64,000 nt of DNA from a virus. The notes below the pieces were generated by a model. The model saw only the letters and a program-made list of their open reading frames with translations, did not search any database and was not told the DNA's origin. Location of the stretch: the IMG/VR virus record IMGVR_UViG_3300032893_000030, positions 9,454-73,453 of that record; one strand, given 5' to 3'. Made by a program: the position numbers and the translations under genes. Below are positions 28,793-39,197 of this stretch, piece by piece. Numbering within the stretch: position 1 is the first letter of the stretch; each line of letters begins with the position of its first letter.

Positions 28793-29465
28793 TTCCTGTT
28801 GCTGTTGTGATGTCGTTATTGTCTCTGATCAAGTCCTGCGGTTGTGCTCTGCGCGAACGGAACCATTGCACTAAGTTAGCGATAATTAGGTGTTCCTTGT
28901 CTGCCGGAATAGGATATGGCTGATCGTCGGCTATGGATGAGCTGTCTCTCACCACAAGCGCCATTCCAATGTTCCCATAAATCTTATTGATGTTGCCACG
29001 GTCAAAGTAAAGATTACCATTGCGCGGATAGCAAGAAATCCGTCCTTCCAACTTGCCGGCCATATTTGAACGATACAGCGACACTTCCTGATAGGTTGTG
29101 ATTATTACCGGATCGAAGTATTTCTTCTTGGCCGATGTGAAATCATTTTGAAAGTAGACCTGATTAATGCCGCCATTTTTGGCAAGAGCGACATAGTTTG
29201 CCGGAATAGCTATGTAGCTGGGGGATTTATCCGTTGGATCAGTTACCGTCAGCCATTCCCACCGCGTCAAATATTGTTCATCGGTCTGATAGCCAAAGCC
29301 AAGTTTCCAATTCTCCAGCACTCCTTCCTTGGCCATTTGATTGACAATGGCATCCATGCGGATGATGACTTCTCTTTTATCCACCTGTTCATCGCGATTT
29401 CTCAACGACTCCTGGAGTTCCAAGAGAACGGCTTCCGCATATCCTATTTTGGTTTTGTATGCCAT
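28776..29465 (-). CDS. hypothetical structural protein
   Basis: 229 aa. Confidence 0.5.
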   Translation of the reverse strand: MAYKTKIGYAEAVLLELQESLRNRDEQVDKREVIIRMDAIVNQMAKEGVLENWKLGFGYQTDEQYLTRWEWLTVTDPTDKSPSYIAIPANYVALAKNGGINQVYFQNDFTSAKKKYFDPVIITTYQEVSLYRSNMAGKLEGRISCYPRNGNLYFDRGNINKIYGNIGMALVVRDSSSIADDQPYPIPADKEHLIIANLVQWFRSRRAQPQDLIRDNNDITTATGNVRGG

Positions 29466-30130
29466 TATGCTCCAGATGCTTCTATTGCTGCAGCGTATTC
29501 GGTAACCTGACCAAGAGACAAATTTACACCTGCCATCTGTAATATTTTAGCGCAGATTCTCAAATGCAGGAGTTCTCCGAGTTCAAAGTCTTGGCTTCCG
29601 GTAGGATTATAAATCGGTACATCATTGGAGATGGTATAATTCCACTTCGGTGTCAGTGGCCGGCGCACATAGGTTATGGTGCCGGAAGTGATAGTAGAGG
29701 GTAATATATACATATTTCCACCCAGCATGTAGTAGCATGGATATTGTGTGGTCGGTGGCTTAATGACGCTTTCGTTGAGTAAAATTGCTTCATCCTGTTC
29801 CACTGGACGCACAAGTTTCCCATCAACCGATACTAGATTGAAGATATAAATTCCGTCCGCAGGGTAAGAACCGATTCCAGAACTAAAAGAAATCGATTGT
29901 GGAATCTTAATAATAGGACGAAGATCCTCCATGATTTTTTGGTTCAACCCAAATCCGTAGCGCGGAATAGGGCGACCTGGGCCATATTCTTGTTCATTAC
30001 CCAGAATTTGATTGATGACCGACAATTGCATAGATGGCGCAATAGCATTGAATTGATCAGGGGAAATATTCCCCTGTTGCGTTTTGTTTAAAACGAACTG
30101 CACAAGCTGATATACTGCATCAATTGTCAC
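29465..30130 (-). CDS. hypothetical structural protein
   Basis: 221 aa. Confidence 0.5.
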   Translation of the reverse strand: MTIDAVYQLVQFVLNKTQQGNISPDQFNAIAPSMQLSVINQILGNEQEYGPGRPIPRYGFGLNQKIMEDLRPIIKIPQSISFSSGIGSYPADGIYIFNLVSVDGKLVRPVEQDEAILLNESVIKPPTTQYPCYYMLGGNMYILPSTITSGTITYVRRPLTPKWNYTISNDVPIYNPTGSQDFELGELLHLRICAKILQMAGVNLSLGQVTEYAAAIEASGA

Positions 30131-30666
30131 GTCTTGTTTGTTTTTTCTTCGTCATCTACCGGAAGTACATCTTCCTTAAAATCATACATGAGTTCCTTGG
30201 CCATCTCTTCTGTGATCACAATTTTCTTGATCGCGCGCAAGATGATGAAATCTTTGGCAATGGATTTAGGAACGCTTGTTATCTTGGACAAAGGATACAC
30301 TTCAACTTCAACCTCTGCATCGGCTAGTGCTTGCGTTTCACTGATCATGCGTTCTTCATTCTTGCGCGTATAGTGATACACCATTTCTTCCTCCATAATT
30401 GTCATCCCTTCTTTGTCTTTGCCTTCAGTTGGAATCTTGCGGCCAGATGGCACCTTCCGGATTGAATCATCTTTGTCGGTGCTGGCATATTCACGGCGGA
30501 TCAATTCATGCTTGTTCTGGTACTTTGTTACCAGCGGTTCAATTTCAGTCACATTAAAATTGACGGATCGTTTAAAGGCATTGTCAATTCCGTTGGGTCG
30601 GCGCAGGAATTGCGCTGCCCAATTGTAGAAGTTGACGAGTTCGCGGTTTTTGAGAATTGCTTTCAT
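30127..30666 (-). CDS. hypothetical protein
   Basis: 179 aa. Charged, Glu-rich C-terminus. Confidence 0.45.
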   Translation of the reverse strand: MKAILKNRELVNFYNWAAQFLRRPNGIDNAFKRSVNFNVTEIEPLVTKYQNKHELIRREYASTDKDDSIRKVPSGRKIPTEGKDKEGMTIMEEEMVYHYTRKNEERMISETQALADAEVEVEVYPLSKITSVPKSIAKDFIILRAIKKIVITEEMAKELMYDFKEDVLPVDDEEKTNKT

Positions 30667-30679
30667 TTTGGTTTTTCGG

Positions 30680-31048
30680 TTATAGCCAATCAGTATGATA
30701 AAATGCTACTATTGATGCGATAGCAAGAACAATCTTGAAAAAAATTATTGGTGTCTGCGCCTGCGCTTCAAATCGATCAAGCCAGGCAGTCTTCCCAAGG
30801 AAATCGAGTGGCTTTGGAATCATGTAATTGAGAATCGGGTTAAAGAAAAGCCAGAACGTGAAGAATGCACCGGTTCCCCAAAACAACAATCGCAGATATC
30901 CGATCGGATGATATGCCAACCAAATTACTCCCCATACTCCAAGTCGATAGAGAGTATTTATGCTGTGATTGACTTTGTTTATTCTCAGAAGGCCAAGATT
31001 GACAATCGCATCGACAACAATAAATACCAGCCACCAAATCCAGATCAT
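30680..31048 (-). CDS. polytopic membrane protein (about 4 TM)
   Basis: 122 aa, almost entirely hydrophobic helices (IWIWWLVFIVVDAIVNLGLL, GVWGVIWLAYHPIGYL, FWGTGAFFTFWLFF, IIFFKIVLAIASIVAFY). Confidence 0.5.
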   Translation of the reverse strand: MIWIWWLVFIVVDAIVNLGLLRINKVNHSINTLYRLGVWGVIWLAYHPIGYLRLLFWGTGAFFTFWLFFNPILNYMIPKPLDFLGKTAWLDRFEAQAQTPIIFFKIVLAIASIVAFYHTDWL

Positions 31049-31398
31049 TGTTTCTTGTGTTGTTGATTACGCAGAGAAATATCTCCGGTGATAATCATGT
31101 TGATCATTTCTTTCATCCCTTTAAGAGTGGCATCTAAAGAGGCCACAGATTGATTCAGCTTTGAATTACTGTTTGCCAACTCGCCAATAGTTTCCATGAC
31201 CTTGTTGTTATCCCGGACAAGCGTTTCAAGCGTTCCGTTCATGTCTTGTACCTCTTTGAGTTCTCTTTTTAAGCCATCAATTTCTGTGCGCATAGATGTC
31301 ATAGATTGGACATTTTTGCCCTTGAAATATGCCTCGCGGATTACCATCACCAGGATAGATCCAAAAAAGGCGAGAATTGATCCAACTATTTCTGACAT
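31045..31398 (-). CDS. N-terminally anchored coiled-coil membrane protein (i-spanin-like)
   Basis: 117 aa. Single N-terminal TM (IVGSILAFFGSILVMVI), then a periplasmic-type coiled coil (EIDGLKRELKEVQDMNGTLETLVRDNNKV...). Confidence 0.45.
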   Translation of the reverse strand: MSEIVGSILAFFGSILVMVIREAYFKGKNVQSMTSMRTEIDGLKRELKEVQDMNGTLETLVRDNNKVMETIGELANSNSKLNQSVASLDATLKGMKEMINMIITGDISLRNQQHKKQ

Positions 31399-31416
31399 CC
31401 ATTTCGCTCTTTAAAG

Positions 31417-31626
31417 TTAATGCTTATTTATTTCTCTTAAGGAATCCATAATTACTACTATTGAAAGCAATAACCATAATCCCCATGGAACTGCACCAAG
31501 CCAATCTTTGGCGGCATCTGAAATCACATCAGCTACCCATGGATTTATTAGATGGATCACAATTACCGGAATGGTCATGAGCAACCAAAGCAAGATGATT
31601 TTTTGAAAAAGAGTTAAATTTTTCAT
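31417..31626 (-). CDS. small two-TM membrane protein (holin-like)
   Basis: 69 aa. Two hydrophobic helices separated by a short loop and a charged C-terminus, a class II holin-like architecture. Confidence 0.4.
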   Translation of the reverse strand: MKNLTLFQKIILLWLLMTIPVIVIHLINPWVADVISDAAKDWLGAVPWGLWLLLSIVVIMDSLREINKH

Positions 31627-31633
31627 TTGGCTT

Positions 31634-33871
31634 TCAATATTGAGTCATCCCCATCCGGTATTGAACCGCTGAACTTTCTGCGCCAAAGCCATAACCATTA
31701 TACATGATCAGGCGATGCGGACCAGCACCGTCTGTTGGTAATGGCACCCATGAAGCCTTATAAATTTTAGAGTTGTCCCATGTATGATTCGCTGTTGGCC
31801 TTAGCAGATAATTATGTGGAAGGAACCAATTCGTTCCATCAATTGAAGAATAGACAACCAACGATCCTACTCCTGAGCCATCGTCATTTGTTGTGAGTGA
31901 AGCTAGAATCACATAACATCCGTAATCATCATCCCATCCTTCATACTCAATATGCCATGGCGGATATTGCCAATCGGACCATGGTTGTCCAGTTGTTCCC
32001 ACATTGCATATTGTCCTGTTTCCGTATGGCCCACTGACAGAAGGTGAACTATAAAATACAAGTCCATTTCGGTAACCTGCGCCATAAGTTCCGTTGATGA
32101 CTACATCGTAAAGTTTCCAATTGTTTGCCTGCTTATCATAATGGATTGTTTGATAAACTTCAATCGGAACTGAGTTTATCAAAATTGTTACCGAGTCACC
32201 TTTTGTCTGCCATCCATCTGTTGAAGGAATTAAATATGTTCGCGAAATATTTGTGTTGTGATCAGTATATCTGATCAGAACATACATGGTCATTGTGGAT
32301 GGATCAAAAATCAGTGATGGATCAGAATTGTTTCCTCCGCCCTGCATGTTGACAACAGGATTTTTGTATGGCGTTGCCCAAGTAACAAAATCATTAGTCG
32401 CGAAAATTGATGCATTTTCGTATTTGTCAAGATTGGATGGAACTCCAACAGCGACTAGCCAATATCGATAACCAAACCATGTCTGACCTGGACCAATTTC
32501 TTTATCCATATCCAGAATCTGATTCTCAACCCAGCAATATGGTATCAGACTTGTGTTGGGTGTATAAGTGAGTTGTACCCATTCATTTTGTCCGGCTTGA
32601 CTTGCATCAGTAATCTGCCATGAGGTTGTATTATAGGTGAGCAAGAGTTTTTGATTTACTCCAATACTTACGGGCGTTGGAGTGATCGGAAGTGCTCCAG
32701 TTGAATTCAGATTGAATGTTGGATTTTGAATCGTGTTCGCCTTAGTGAAGGTGACAAAGATCCGATACGTGCCGTTTGAAAAATTGGGGGCTGGTGATAC
32801 TGTGCCAGTGTAAGCATTCGTACCGTTCCCGGTGCAATTAAAGATGTAGTCATTAGGCCGAATGTAAGTTGGAGGCGAGTCCGGTGTAGTTTTGGTCTGC
32901 AAATAATACGCTCTCCATGTAGTGCCATCATCAAGCGTTGTGTACAGTCCATCATAGGCATGACCAGTACCATTTCCGAATGGCTGATTAAATGTGACTT
33001 TATTTCGCATTGAAGCGTAGTCTGTAAAGTCAACATTTGTCGGTGAATAAGTCTCCGGCAATGACCTAATGTAATCCGGTGCATTAGGAGCAACCGCCTC
33101 AATGAGCGGAGGAAGATTACATTCTGGCAATGAGATGCCACGCGATGCCAGTCTGGATGCGATGTAATTATTTGCCGCTTGAATTTCTGCTTCAGTTAAT
33201 GTTCTGGTGAATCCAATGAACGCTCCAACTTTTCCTCCACTAAGAATATAGCCGTTGGGATTTACAGGATTTGCGTAATTAGCAGCACCCATTGTAACAA
33301 GACCGGCAATGTCTGCGGTGGTTGTGTACATGCCAGTGTTCCATGCTGCCCGTGAAGCATTGAGTCCTCCCGTTTTATCCACTGCCCCATTGCGCCGGAT
33401 GTCTGGCATCACACTGATGGCAAATCCATTTGTGATGGTATTGACCTGAAAACTTGTATTACTTACACTTCCTTTGAAGATCATTCCGGTATTTGGATTG
33501 GGCACATAAAAAGCGATGAAGACGGTCTTGTAAGTGAGTTGTGGCAAATAGAACCATGAGTTACCATCAAATTGAATTCCTTCTTGGCATCGCTGTGGCC
33601 AATGACCATAGCCATTTTGTCCTTGTGTCGGAACTTGAATATCACGATGATTGGGACTTGCATCAATAAAAGCAGTGCCACTGTCACCTTCAAAGAAATA
33701 GGCGACATCTGCCTGCTGCAAGATCACCGAGTCAGCAAGACGCGATGTAAGAAGTTGTTTCTGTATTTTGATTGGTGGAGAAACAACTGTCTTTTTGGAC
33801 GTTACATCCAATCCAGGGTTGCATGCAATCATTGCAATCCAGAGTGTGAGAAGAATAAATTGGTTTTTCAT
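31634..33871 (-). CDS. secreted lipoprotein with LamG-like N-terminal domain and Asp-box (BNR) beta-propeller, glycosidase/sialidase-like
   Basis: Preferred start is Met17 of table ORF 31634..33919, which avoids overlap with the fibre gene. Signal peptide plus lipobox MKNQFILLTLWIAMIAC. The N-terminal ~200 aa are jelly-roll/LamG-like. C-terminal region has Asp-boxes PSTDGWQT and SSIDGTNW plus Trp/Tyr-rich propeller-like blades. Confidence 0.55.
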   Translation of the reverse strand: MKNQFILLTLWIAMIACNPGLDVTSKKTVVSPPIKIQKQLLTSRLADSVILQQADVAYFFEGDSGTAFIDASPNHRDIQVPTQGQNGYGHWPQRCQEGIQFDGNSWFYLPQLTYKTVFIAFYVPNPNTGMIFKGSVSNTSFQVNTITNGFAISVMPDIRRNGAVDKTGGLNASRAAWNTGMYTTTADIAGLVTMGAANYANPVNPNGYILSGGKVGAFIGFTRTLTEAEIQAANNYIASRLASRGISLPECNLPPLIEAVAPNAPDYIRSLPETYSPTNVDFTDYASMRNKVTFNQPFGNGTGHAYDGLYTTLDDGTTWRAYYLQTKTTPDSPPTYIRPNDYIFNCTGNGTNAYTGTVSPAPNFSNGTYRIFVTFTKANTIQNPTFNLNSTGALPITPTPVSIGVNQKLLLTYNTTSWQITDASQAGQNEWVQLTYTPNTSLIPYCWVENQILDMDKEIGPGQTWFGYRYWLVAVGVPSNLDKYENASIFATNDFVTWATPYKNPVVNMQGGGNNSDPSLIFDPSTMTMYVLIRYTDHNTNISRTYLIPSTDGWQTKGDSVTILINSVPIEVYQTIHYDKQANNWKLYDVVINGTYGAGYRNGLVFYSSPSVSGPYGNRTICNVGTTGQPWSDWQYPPWHIEYEGWDDDYGCYVILASLTTNDDGSGVGSLVVYSSIDGTNWFLPHNYLLRPTANHTWDNSKIYKASWVPLPTDGAGPHRLIMYNGYGFGAESSAVQYRMGMTQY

Positions 33872-33881
33872 TATTTGTTTT

Positions 33882-36800
33882 TTAGTTGTTCGATACTGGT
33901 AGCCAATTGGCGCGCGCAAATTTTAACACTATGTCGTTCGTAGCTGCGCCAGTTCCACCTGCCTGGCCGGTTAGTTTCAGAATGTTAGTATTGGAAAGAG
34001 TAAGTCCGGTCAATTCACCTACCGATTCATCGGAAGAAAATCCACCTAAACCTGTTACAATTGAATATCGCACAACTGTTGAACTCACACGAATGATTGT
34101 AACTTCCAAGGAAAATCCTGCACCCAATGCAGTATTTTGGGCAGTGCTATCATAGATCATAGTCCCCCCAAAGTACACACGAAGCTGTCGGGTGGCTGTT
34201 GAAGAAGCGACCATTTTACCCACATATTGTGCTTTGATCTTTGCACCGTTCGCTTCTAAAGTGTTTGCTGGAGTTGTATATGAATGCAGATCCGTTTCTG
34301 TTGTTGAAGTGTTTCCAGCATCAGCATAGGCTTCAAATATCTCTCCGCCTATACCAAATCTGAGTCCGCTATTTTTGGTGAAGTAAAGTGAATTATTGTA
34401 TTCCAAATTACCTGCAACAGCCGTTGTAAGATTTGTACCACTTGTAAGTTTGAAGGGGCCAACGGTCGCTGTACCGGCACCAAGATGCATGATTGCAGTA
34501 GGCGTTCCGCCTGCTCCAAAACTATTGAGCATCCGAGCATCTCTGATTAGTACGCCATACAAAGTGGCGGCATTACTGCTTGTTAGATTGAAACTCGGAT
34601 TGAAATCAATGAATGAGAATGTGAGTGTCGATGTGCCAGTGGTTTGAATCAATGTACTATAGTCAAGCCATTTTGCTGTGACAATAGAACTGTTGGTCGA
34701 AGAAACCGTATTTGAACTTCCATATTCAAGCCATGTGAATGCGCTGGTGCCGGTGGATGGCCCTAAAATGACGGATTGAATTGTGAAAAATCTTCCAGTA
34801 CCAGATGTCTGAGTATAATTTGAACCATTGGTGAATGTAAATGCACCAGTAGTTCCGTATGCTCCAGATGTTCCAGCTTGCCAATACCATCCATAAGCAC
34901 CTAGCGAAGCACCACTTGATGTAGCACCCATGAAAAAATTCGCGGTATTGCCGTCAGAATAAATTTTGCTGGTAGTGGCATTGAAAGTATAAGCCGCAGG
35001 AGTGGTTCCAATTGTTCGGAAATTTACATTTCCAGAACTATCTACAGTAAATACATCATTACCTAATCCACTGCCAGTACGAACCCTGAAAAGCAATAAT
35101 GTCGTGCCTGTTTTTCCACCGGCTGATAATGTGCCAGTGATATCAACGCCAGCCAGTACTTGATTATTCTGCGCGGCTGTCATTGTGGGATTGAATAAAA
35201 TCCCATTTGTATAATCTCCCAGTGTACCGTCTCCGGTTATTGTGGGAGAAAATGTCATGTGGTATTGGTTATTCGCTGAGGCTGTCCATGTTCCATCAAA
35301 TGTCCATTGATTAGCGGCATTTGATGTCAATGATGTTGCTCCAGTTAATGTACCACCAAGTTTTACATTTGTCGTGGTGGCCGTTAATCCATTCGTTACT
35401 GATGCATACGCTGGTTTTACACCAACACCTTGTGAGGCTAGGACTGATCCTGTAGCAACAGCCGAAAGAAGAGCATAAGTTGAAGAATTGCCAACCAGTA
35501 AATCTCCATCCGTTGGCGCTCCATTTCCGGTGCCTCCATTGTTGGCTCCAAGAACAAGAGTAACATCGGCAGTGAGATCCACCTTGCTCCATGATGGTGA
35601 TGTTCCTCCATGTAAAACGGTAGTGGATGATCCAGCAGCCAGGCGAGTCAATGTTCCTGATCCACCATTGTAATAAATGTCTCCGGTTGCATCAGACCCC
35701 AGCAATACTTTTGTTCCTGATCCAAGCGTCTTATTAGTCAATGTCTGCGTGAATGCAGCAGTAACCATCGTGTCATTTCCAGTGAGCAATGGAAGGGTAA
35801 TATTGCGATCAGCGGCAATGGCACTTCCGACTAGGGTATAAACGTGTGTGACCGCAGGATTGTAAATCGAAAGTTTTGAACTCTGAAATGAATGAGTTCC
35901 GGTCCACACAAAATTGTATGTCAAATCAACGGATGCATCGGTGCGTGTTGCACCGCCATTGTCAACTGCGGATAATCCGCTGGTAAAGTTTAAGACAATT
36001 TCCTGAATGAGTGGAGTTCCGCCACTTTCAATCGTTCCGTAGAATTGTCCTTCAAGTACACCACCAACAAAAGAAAATCCTAAACCAAGAGCCACTTCTT
36101 CAATACTTCCAGCTCCCGAACTGAAACGACCCAACAGTCGATTAGTTGCAGATACATTTTGAATCTTACTGTATGTTACAGCCGCTGCGGCAATAGTAGT
36201 GGCAAATGATCCTGTTCCTGATCCAGTTACGTCTCCGGTCAGTGTGATTGTCTGATCGCCAGTGTTTGTTCCTGAAACCGAAGCATCAAGTGGAACTGTT
36301 AAGGTCTTTGATGTTGTGCCACCGGCAATAGTGAATCCTACAGAAACAGCCGTCAATGTCAATCCATTTACGGTAGATGGAGTAATCGCTCCAAGGCTTA
36401 ATGTAATTGCCGGTGTTGTTGTCGGATTGCTGACTGAACCAGAAACCCCATTTGCAGTGACCACTGAAACAGTGGTTACGGTCCCCGCGCCAGGCGCTGC
36501 TGCCCATACAGGAACTCCGCTGGAAAGTGTTAACACATAACCATCGGTAGTCGCTGTGAGTTTTGAAAGCACATTGCTTGCTGAAGCATACAAAATGTCA
36601 CCCGTCGCATAGCTGGTAAGATTAGTTCCTCCATGCGTGGTGCCAAGTGTTCCGGCCATTGTAATAGTACCGGTAGTTGTGACAGGACCACCTGAGAACG
36701 TCAATCCAGTTGATCCACCACTCACATCGACTGATGTTACAGAACCCGTACCTGTTACTGTCTGCCAAACAGGCGCACCACTGACAATTGTTAACACCGT

Positions 36801-37763
36801 TCCATTTGCTCCTGGCCCCAACTGTGATGCTGTATTGCTGGCATTACCAACAAAAATTGAATTCAGCGCAAGTGAATTGATCAGACGATTGTTGATCTGC
36901 ACCTGAATGTCTGAGGCGGCTGTATTGAGATAATTCAATTGCGCGGTAGTGGATGTTATTCCACTCAGAACATTGATTTCCGCTGCGGTGGCGCTGATAT
37001 CGGTGACATCAGCCATGACAAGCGTATGCCAAGTGGTATCATAATCAGTTCCTGAGTTTTTGACCAAGAATTGATTTGTGCTGCCACCTGCCGGCATTGA
37101 CGGTGATGGAGTATTGATCCAATTTGTGCCGTTGTAAGAAATAATATCTCCGCTCGCTGGAGATGTTAATACAACAGTAAGTTTGGAATCAAGTTGTGAT
37201 TGAATTCCAGACGTGACACCGGAAACATATCCTATCTCAGTGGTTGTGGTTCCACTTACTGCAACTTTTCCGGATCCATCGCTTATAAGTGCATAGCCGG
37301 CCGTGAGATTCGAAGTCACAATAGATGAAGCGCCTCCGGTAATTGTCGCCTGCTTGGCATTGAGTTGGGTTTGGATCGCACTGGTAACACCAGAGACATA
37401 CCCCAACTCAATTGATGTTGTCGGAGAAACTCCCAATAAACCACCGGCAGTACTCATCACAGCGCGGGCAGCAGTCAGACTAATGGTATTCTGTTTGGAA
37501 TTAATCTGCGCTTGAATATTGGACGTAACATCTGTGAGATATCCAAGTTGTGTTGCGGTAATCAGACTGGATGTGAGAAATCCACTTCCATCATAAACAG
37601 CCACAACGTTTGGATTCTGTGCAGTAAGACGGGCAACGTCAAGAGTAGCATATTTGACAATACTCCCTGATGAATCATAAGCCAAAAAATGATCGCTTGA
37701 TCCGCCATCGGCAGGAGTGAAATCAAGTTGTAGGCCATTGGGTATGATAACGGGATGGCTCAT
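33882..37763 (-). CDS. tail fibre protein (1293 aa) with repeated E(L/I)GYVSGVTSxIQxQL(N/D)xK motifs
   Basis: Multiple phage tail-fibre-repeat-like motifs near the N-terminus. The long Gly/Thr/Ser-rich beta region is typical of fibres. Confidence 0.75.
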   Translation of the reverse strand: MSHPVIIPNGLQLDFTPADGGSSDHFLAYDSSGSIVKYATLDVARLTAQNPNVVAVYDGSGFLTSSLITATQLGYLTDVTSNIQAQINSKQNTISLTAARAVMSTAGGLLGVSPTTSIELGYVSGVTSAIQTQLNAKQATITGGASSIVTSNLTAGYALISDGSGKVAVSGTTTTEIGYVSGVTSGIQSQLDSKLTVVLTSPASGDIISYNGTNWINTPSPSMPAGGSTNQFLVKNSGTDYDTTWHTLVMADVTDISATAAEINVLSGITSTTAQLNYLNTAASDIQVQINNRLINSLALNSIFVGNASNTASQLGPGANGTVLTIVSGAPVWQTVTGTGSVTSVDVSGGSTGLTFSGGPVTTTGTITMAGTLGTTHGGTNLTSYATGDILYASASNVLSKLTATTDGYVLTLSSGVPVWAAAPGAGTVTTVSVVTANGVSGSVSNPTTTPAITLSLGAITPSTVNGLTLTAVSVGFTIAGGTTSKTLTVPLDASVSGTNTGDQTITLTGDVTGSGTGSFATTIAAAAVTYSKIQNVSATNRLLGRFSSGAGSIEEVALGLGFSFVGGVLEGQFYGTIESGGTPLIQEIVLNFTSGLSAVDNGGATRTDASVDLTYNFVWTGTHSFQSSKLSIYNPAVTHVYTLVGSAIAADRNITLPLLTGNDTMVTAAFTQTLTNKTLGSGTKVLLGSDATGDIYYNGGSGTLTRLAAGSSTTVLHGGTSPSWSKVDLTADVTLVLGANNGGTGNGAPTDGDLLVGNSSTYALLSAVATGSVLASQGVGVKPAYASVTNGLTATTTNVKLGGTLTGATSLTSNAANQWTFDGTWTASANNQYHMTFSPTITGDGTLGDYTNGILFNPTMTAAQNNQVLAGVDITGTLSAGGKTGTTLLLFRVRTGSGLGNDVFTVDSSGNVNFRTIGTTPAAYTFNATTSKIYSDGNTANFFMGATSSGASLGAYGWYWQAGTSGAYGTTGAFTFTNGSNYTQTSGTGRFFTIQSVILGPSTGTSAFTWLEYGSSNTVSSTNSSIVTAKWLDYSTLIQTTGTSTLTFSFIDFNPSFNLTSSNAATLYGVLIRDARMLNSFGAGGTPTAIMHLGAGTATVGPFKLTSGTNLTTAVAGNLEYNNSLYFTKNSGLRFGIGGEIFEAYADAGNTSTTETDLHSYTTPANTLEANGAKIKAQYVGKMVASSTATRQLRVYFGGTMIYDSTAQNTALGAGFSLEVTIIRVSSTVVRYSIVTGLGGFSSDESVGELTGLTLSNTNILKLTGQAGGTGAATNDIVLKFARANWLPVSNN

Positions 37764-38455
37764 ATAATGCGCACTCCTTTTATGGACCAGTTATTTGTTG
37801 CTACTGTTGCGACAAGTTGTACCACACCACTGCTGATACTGACTGAAAATGTCAACGGTGATGTGATTCCTCCAACATCGGAAGCTGGCAATTCATACCA
37901 ATCTGCTGATGCTGAATCACGCCAATCTGCAACAATCATCCCTGCGCGAGATCCTTCTCCAGGATTTGAACCCCTGGCATTGTAATACCACACAGCAAAT
38001 TCCTGTGCGATTGCTACATTGAATGAATCGACAATCCCATTCGGACTGTTTACGGTGCTTGAAAATCGCGCAAGACTATCGGGGGTCGGTGCCGGTGTTG
38101 ATCCCCCGGTTGCCGGAAAAAACAGCAGGGGTTGATTAATTGAGCCAAGACGTGGTATTGCCGGACCATCAAAGATGCGTGAGAGTTTTACAATGCCATC
38201 AAGAATATTGTTGAGTTTCTTTTCATTTCCGGCATCGAGATAATAATTCTTGATGTCGCCATCAGGATTGAGCAGATTGGCAAAATAAGCACAGAGTAGA
38301 ATCAGCCTATACATCTTATCGCGATGGTCACGATCAGTAGAATCAATCCCTCTTTTTTCTTCAGCAACCAAATCATTGGACAAATCAGCAATTGTATGCT
38401 GTCCCCGAGTGACGATCTGATCTATTTCAGTCTGACTCCGAATTGGTGCTCCCAT
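37760..38455 (-). CDS. hypothetical structural protein
   Basis: 231 aa. ATGA overlap with the fibre gene. Confidence 0.5.
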   Translation of the reverse strand: MGAPIRSQTEIDQIVTRGQHTIADLSNDLVAEEKRGIDSTDRDHRDKMYRLILLCAYFANLLNPDGDIKNYYLDAGNEKKLNNILDGIVKLSRIFDGPAIPRLGSINQPLLFFPATGGSTPAPTPDSLARFSSTVNSPNGIVDSFNVAIAQEFAVWYYNARGSNPGEGSRAGMIVADWRDSASADWYELPASDVGGITSPLTFSVSISSGVVQLVATVATNNWSIKGVRII

Positions 38456-38458
38456 GAA

Positions 38459-39133
38459 TTACTGTGGTAAAGCAAGCCATTGATTGTCTACAAAATCAAT
38501 CACGTTCTGTGCATCTTCAAGTGTGAGTCGTCTGAAATTTATGATTGCTCCTTGAATTAATGCTGCTCCGTATAAAGCTTTTGCGGCATCTTCCCAATTC
38601 TTACACTTACCCTGTACAATCTTCTGACTCAATGCCTGAAGTTGATCTCCTACCGGAATCTCAGCCTTACATGTGGTGAAATTATTGGTCTGTGTGATGT
38701 AGACGTTACTATTGGAAAGATTGAGTACCGTTCCGAGAATATCCGTAATCAAAGTCCAATCGGAATCTGTTCCAGGGACTGAAGTTGTGCTTGCCACCGC
38801 ACACTGATAGTAATTTCCATCAGAATAGTGAACACAATTGTTCATTGTGTAGGTGCCGGCAGCCCACAGAGGAAATCCAAACAGAATGCCTACGTACCAA
38901 CCATCTGGCGGAGCCAAAGAAAATGACCATGTTCCAACTGTAAGTGGAGTGGTATTATCAACAGTGATCGGAGTATCGTTATCCTGTGCATCACGTTTAT
39001 AGAGATACAGAAAAAGGGCCAATGTATTCCGATTTGGCGCAGATCCGCCATAAACGGTTAAGTCAACCAGATCAGCAGTTGTGCAATCAGCAGACTCATT
39101 TTCAATGGCGGTGACAAACGGAATTGATGACAT
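38459..39133 (-). CDS. hypothetical structural protein
   Basis: 224 aa. Confidence 0.5.
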   Translation of the reverse strand: MSSIPFVTAIENESADCTTADLVDLTVYGGSAPNRNTLALFLYLYKRDAQDNDTPITVDNTTPLTVGTWSFSLAPPDGWYVGILFGFPLWAAGTYTMNNCVHYSDGNYYQCAVASTTSVPGTDSDWTLITDILGTVLNLSNSNVYITQTNNFTTCKAEIPVGDQLQALSQKIVQGKCKNWEDAAKALYGAALIQGAIINFRRLTLEDAQNVIDFVDNQWLALPQ

Positions 39134-39142
39134 AGGCTTGAA

Positions 39143-39169
39143 ATTAAAAAGGCCCGATATTCTTCGGGC
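39143..39169 (-). terminator. rho-independent terminator (works in both orientations)
   Basis: GGCCCGA-tattct-TCGGGCC. Flanked by an A5 run on the + strand (U-tract for - strand transcripts) and TAATTT on the other side. Lies just downstream of gene 39198..40298. Confidence 0.6.
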
Positions 39170-39197
39170 CTAATTTACTCAATTTTTCAGTCCGGTT

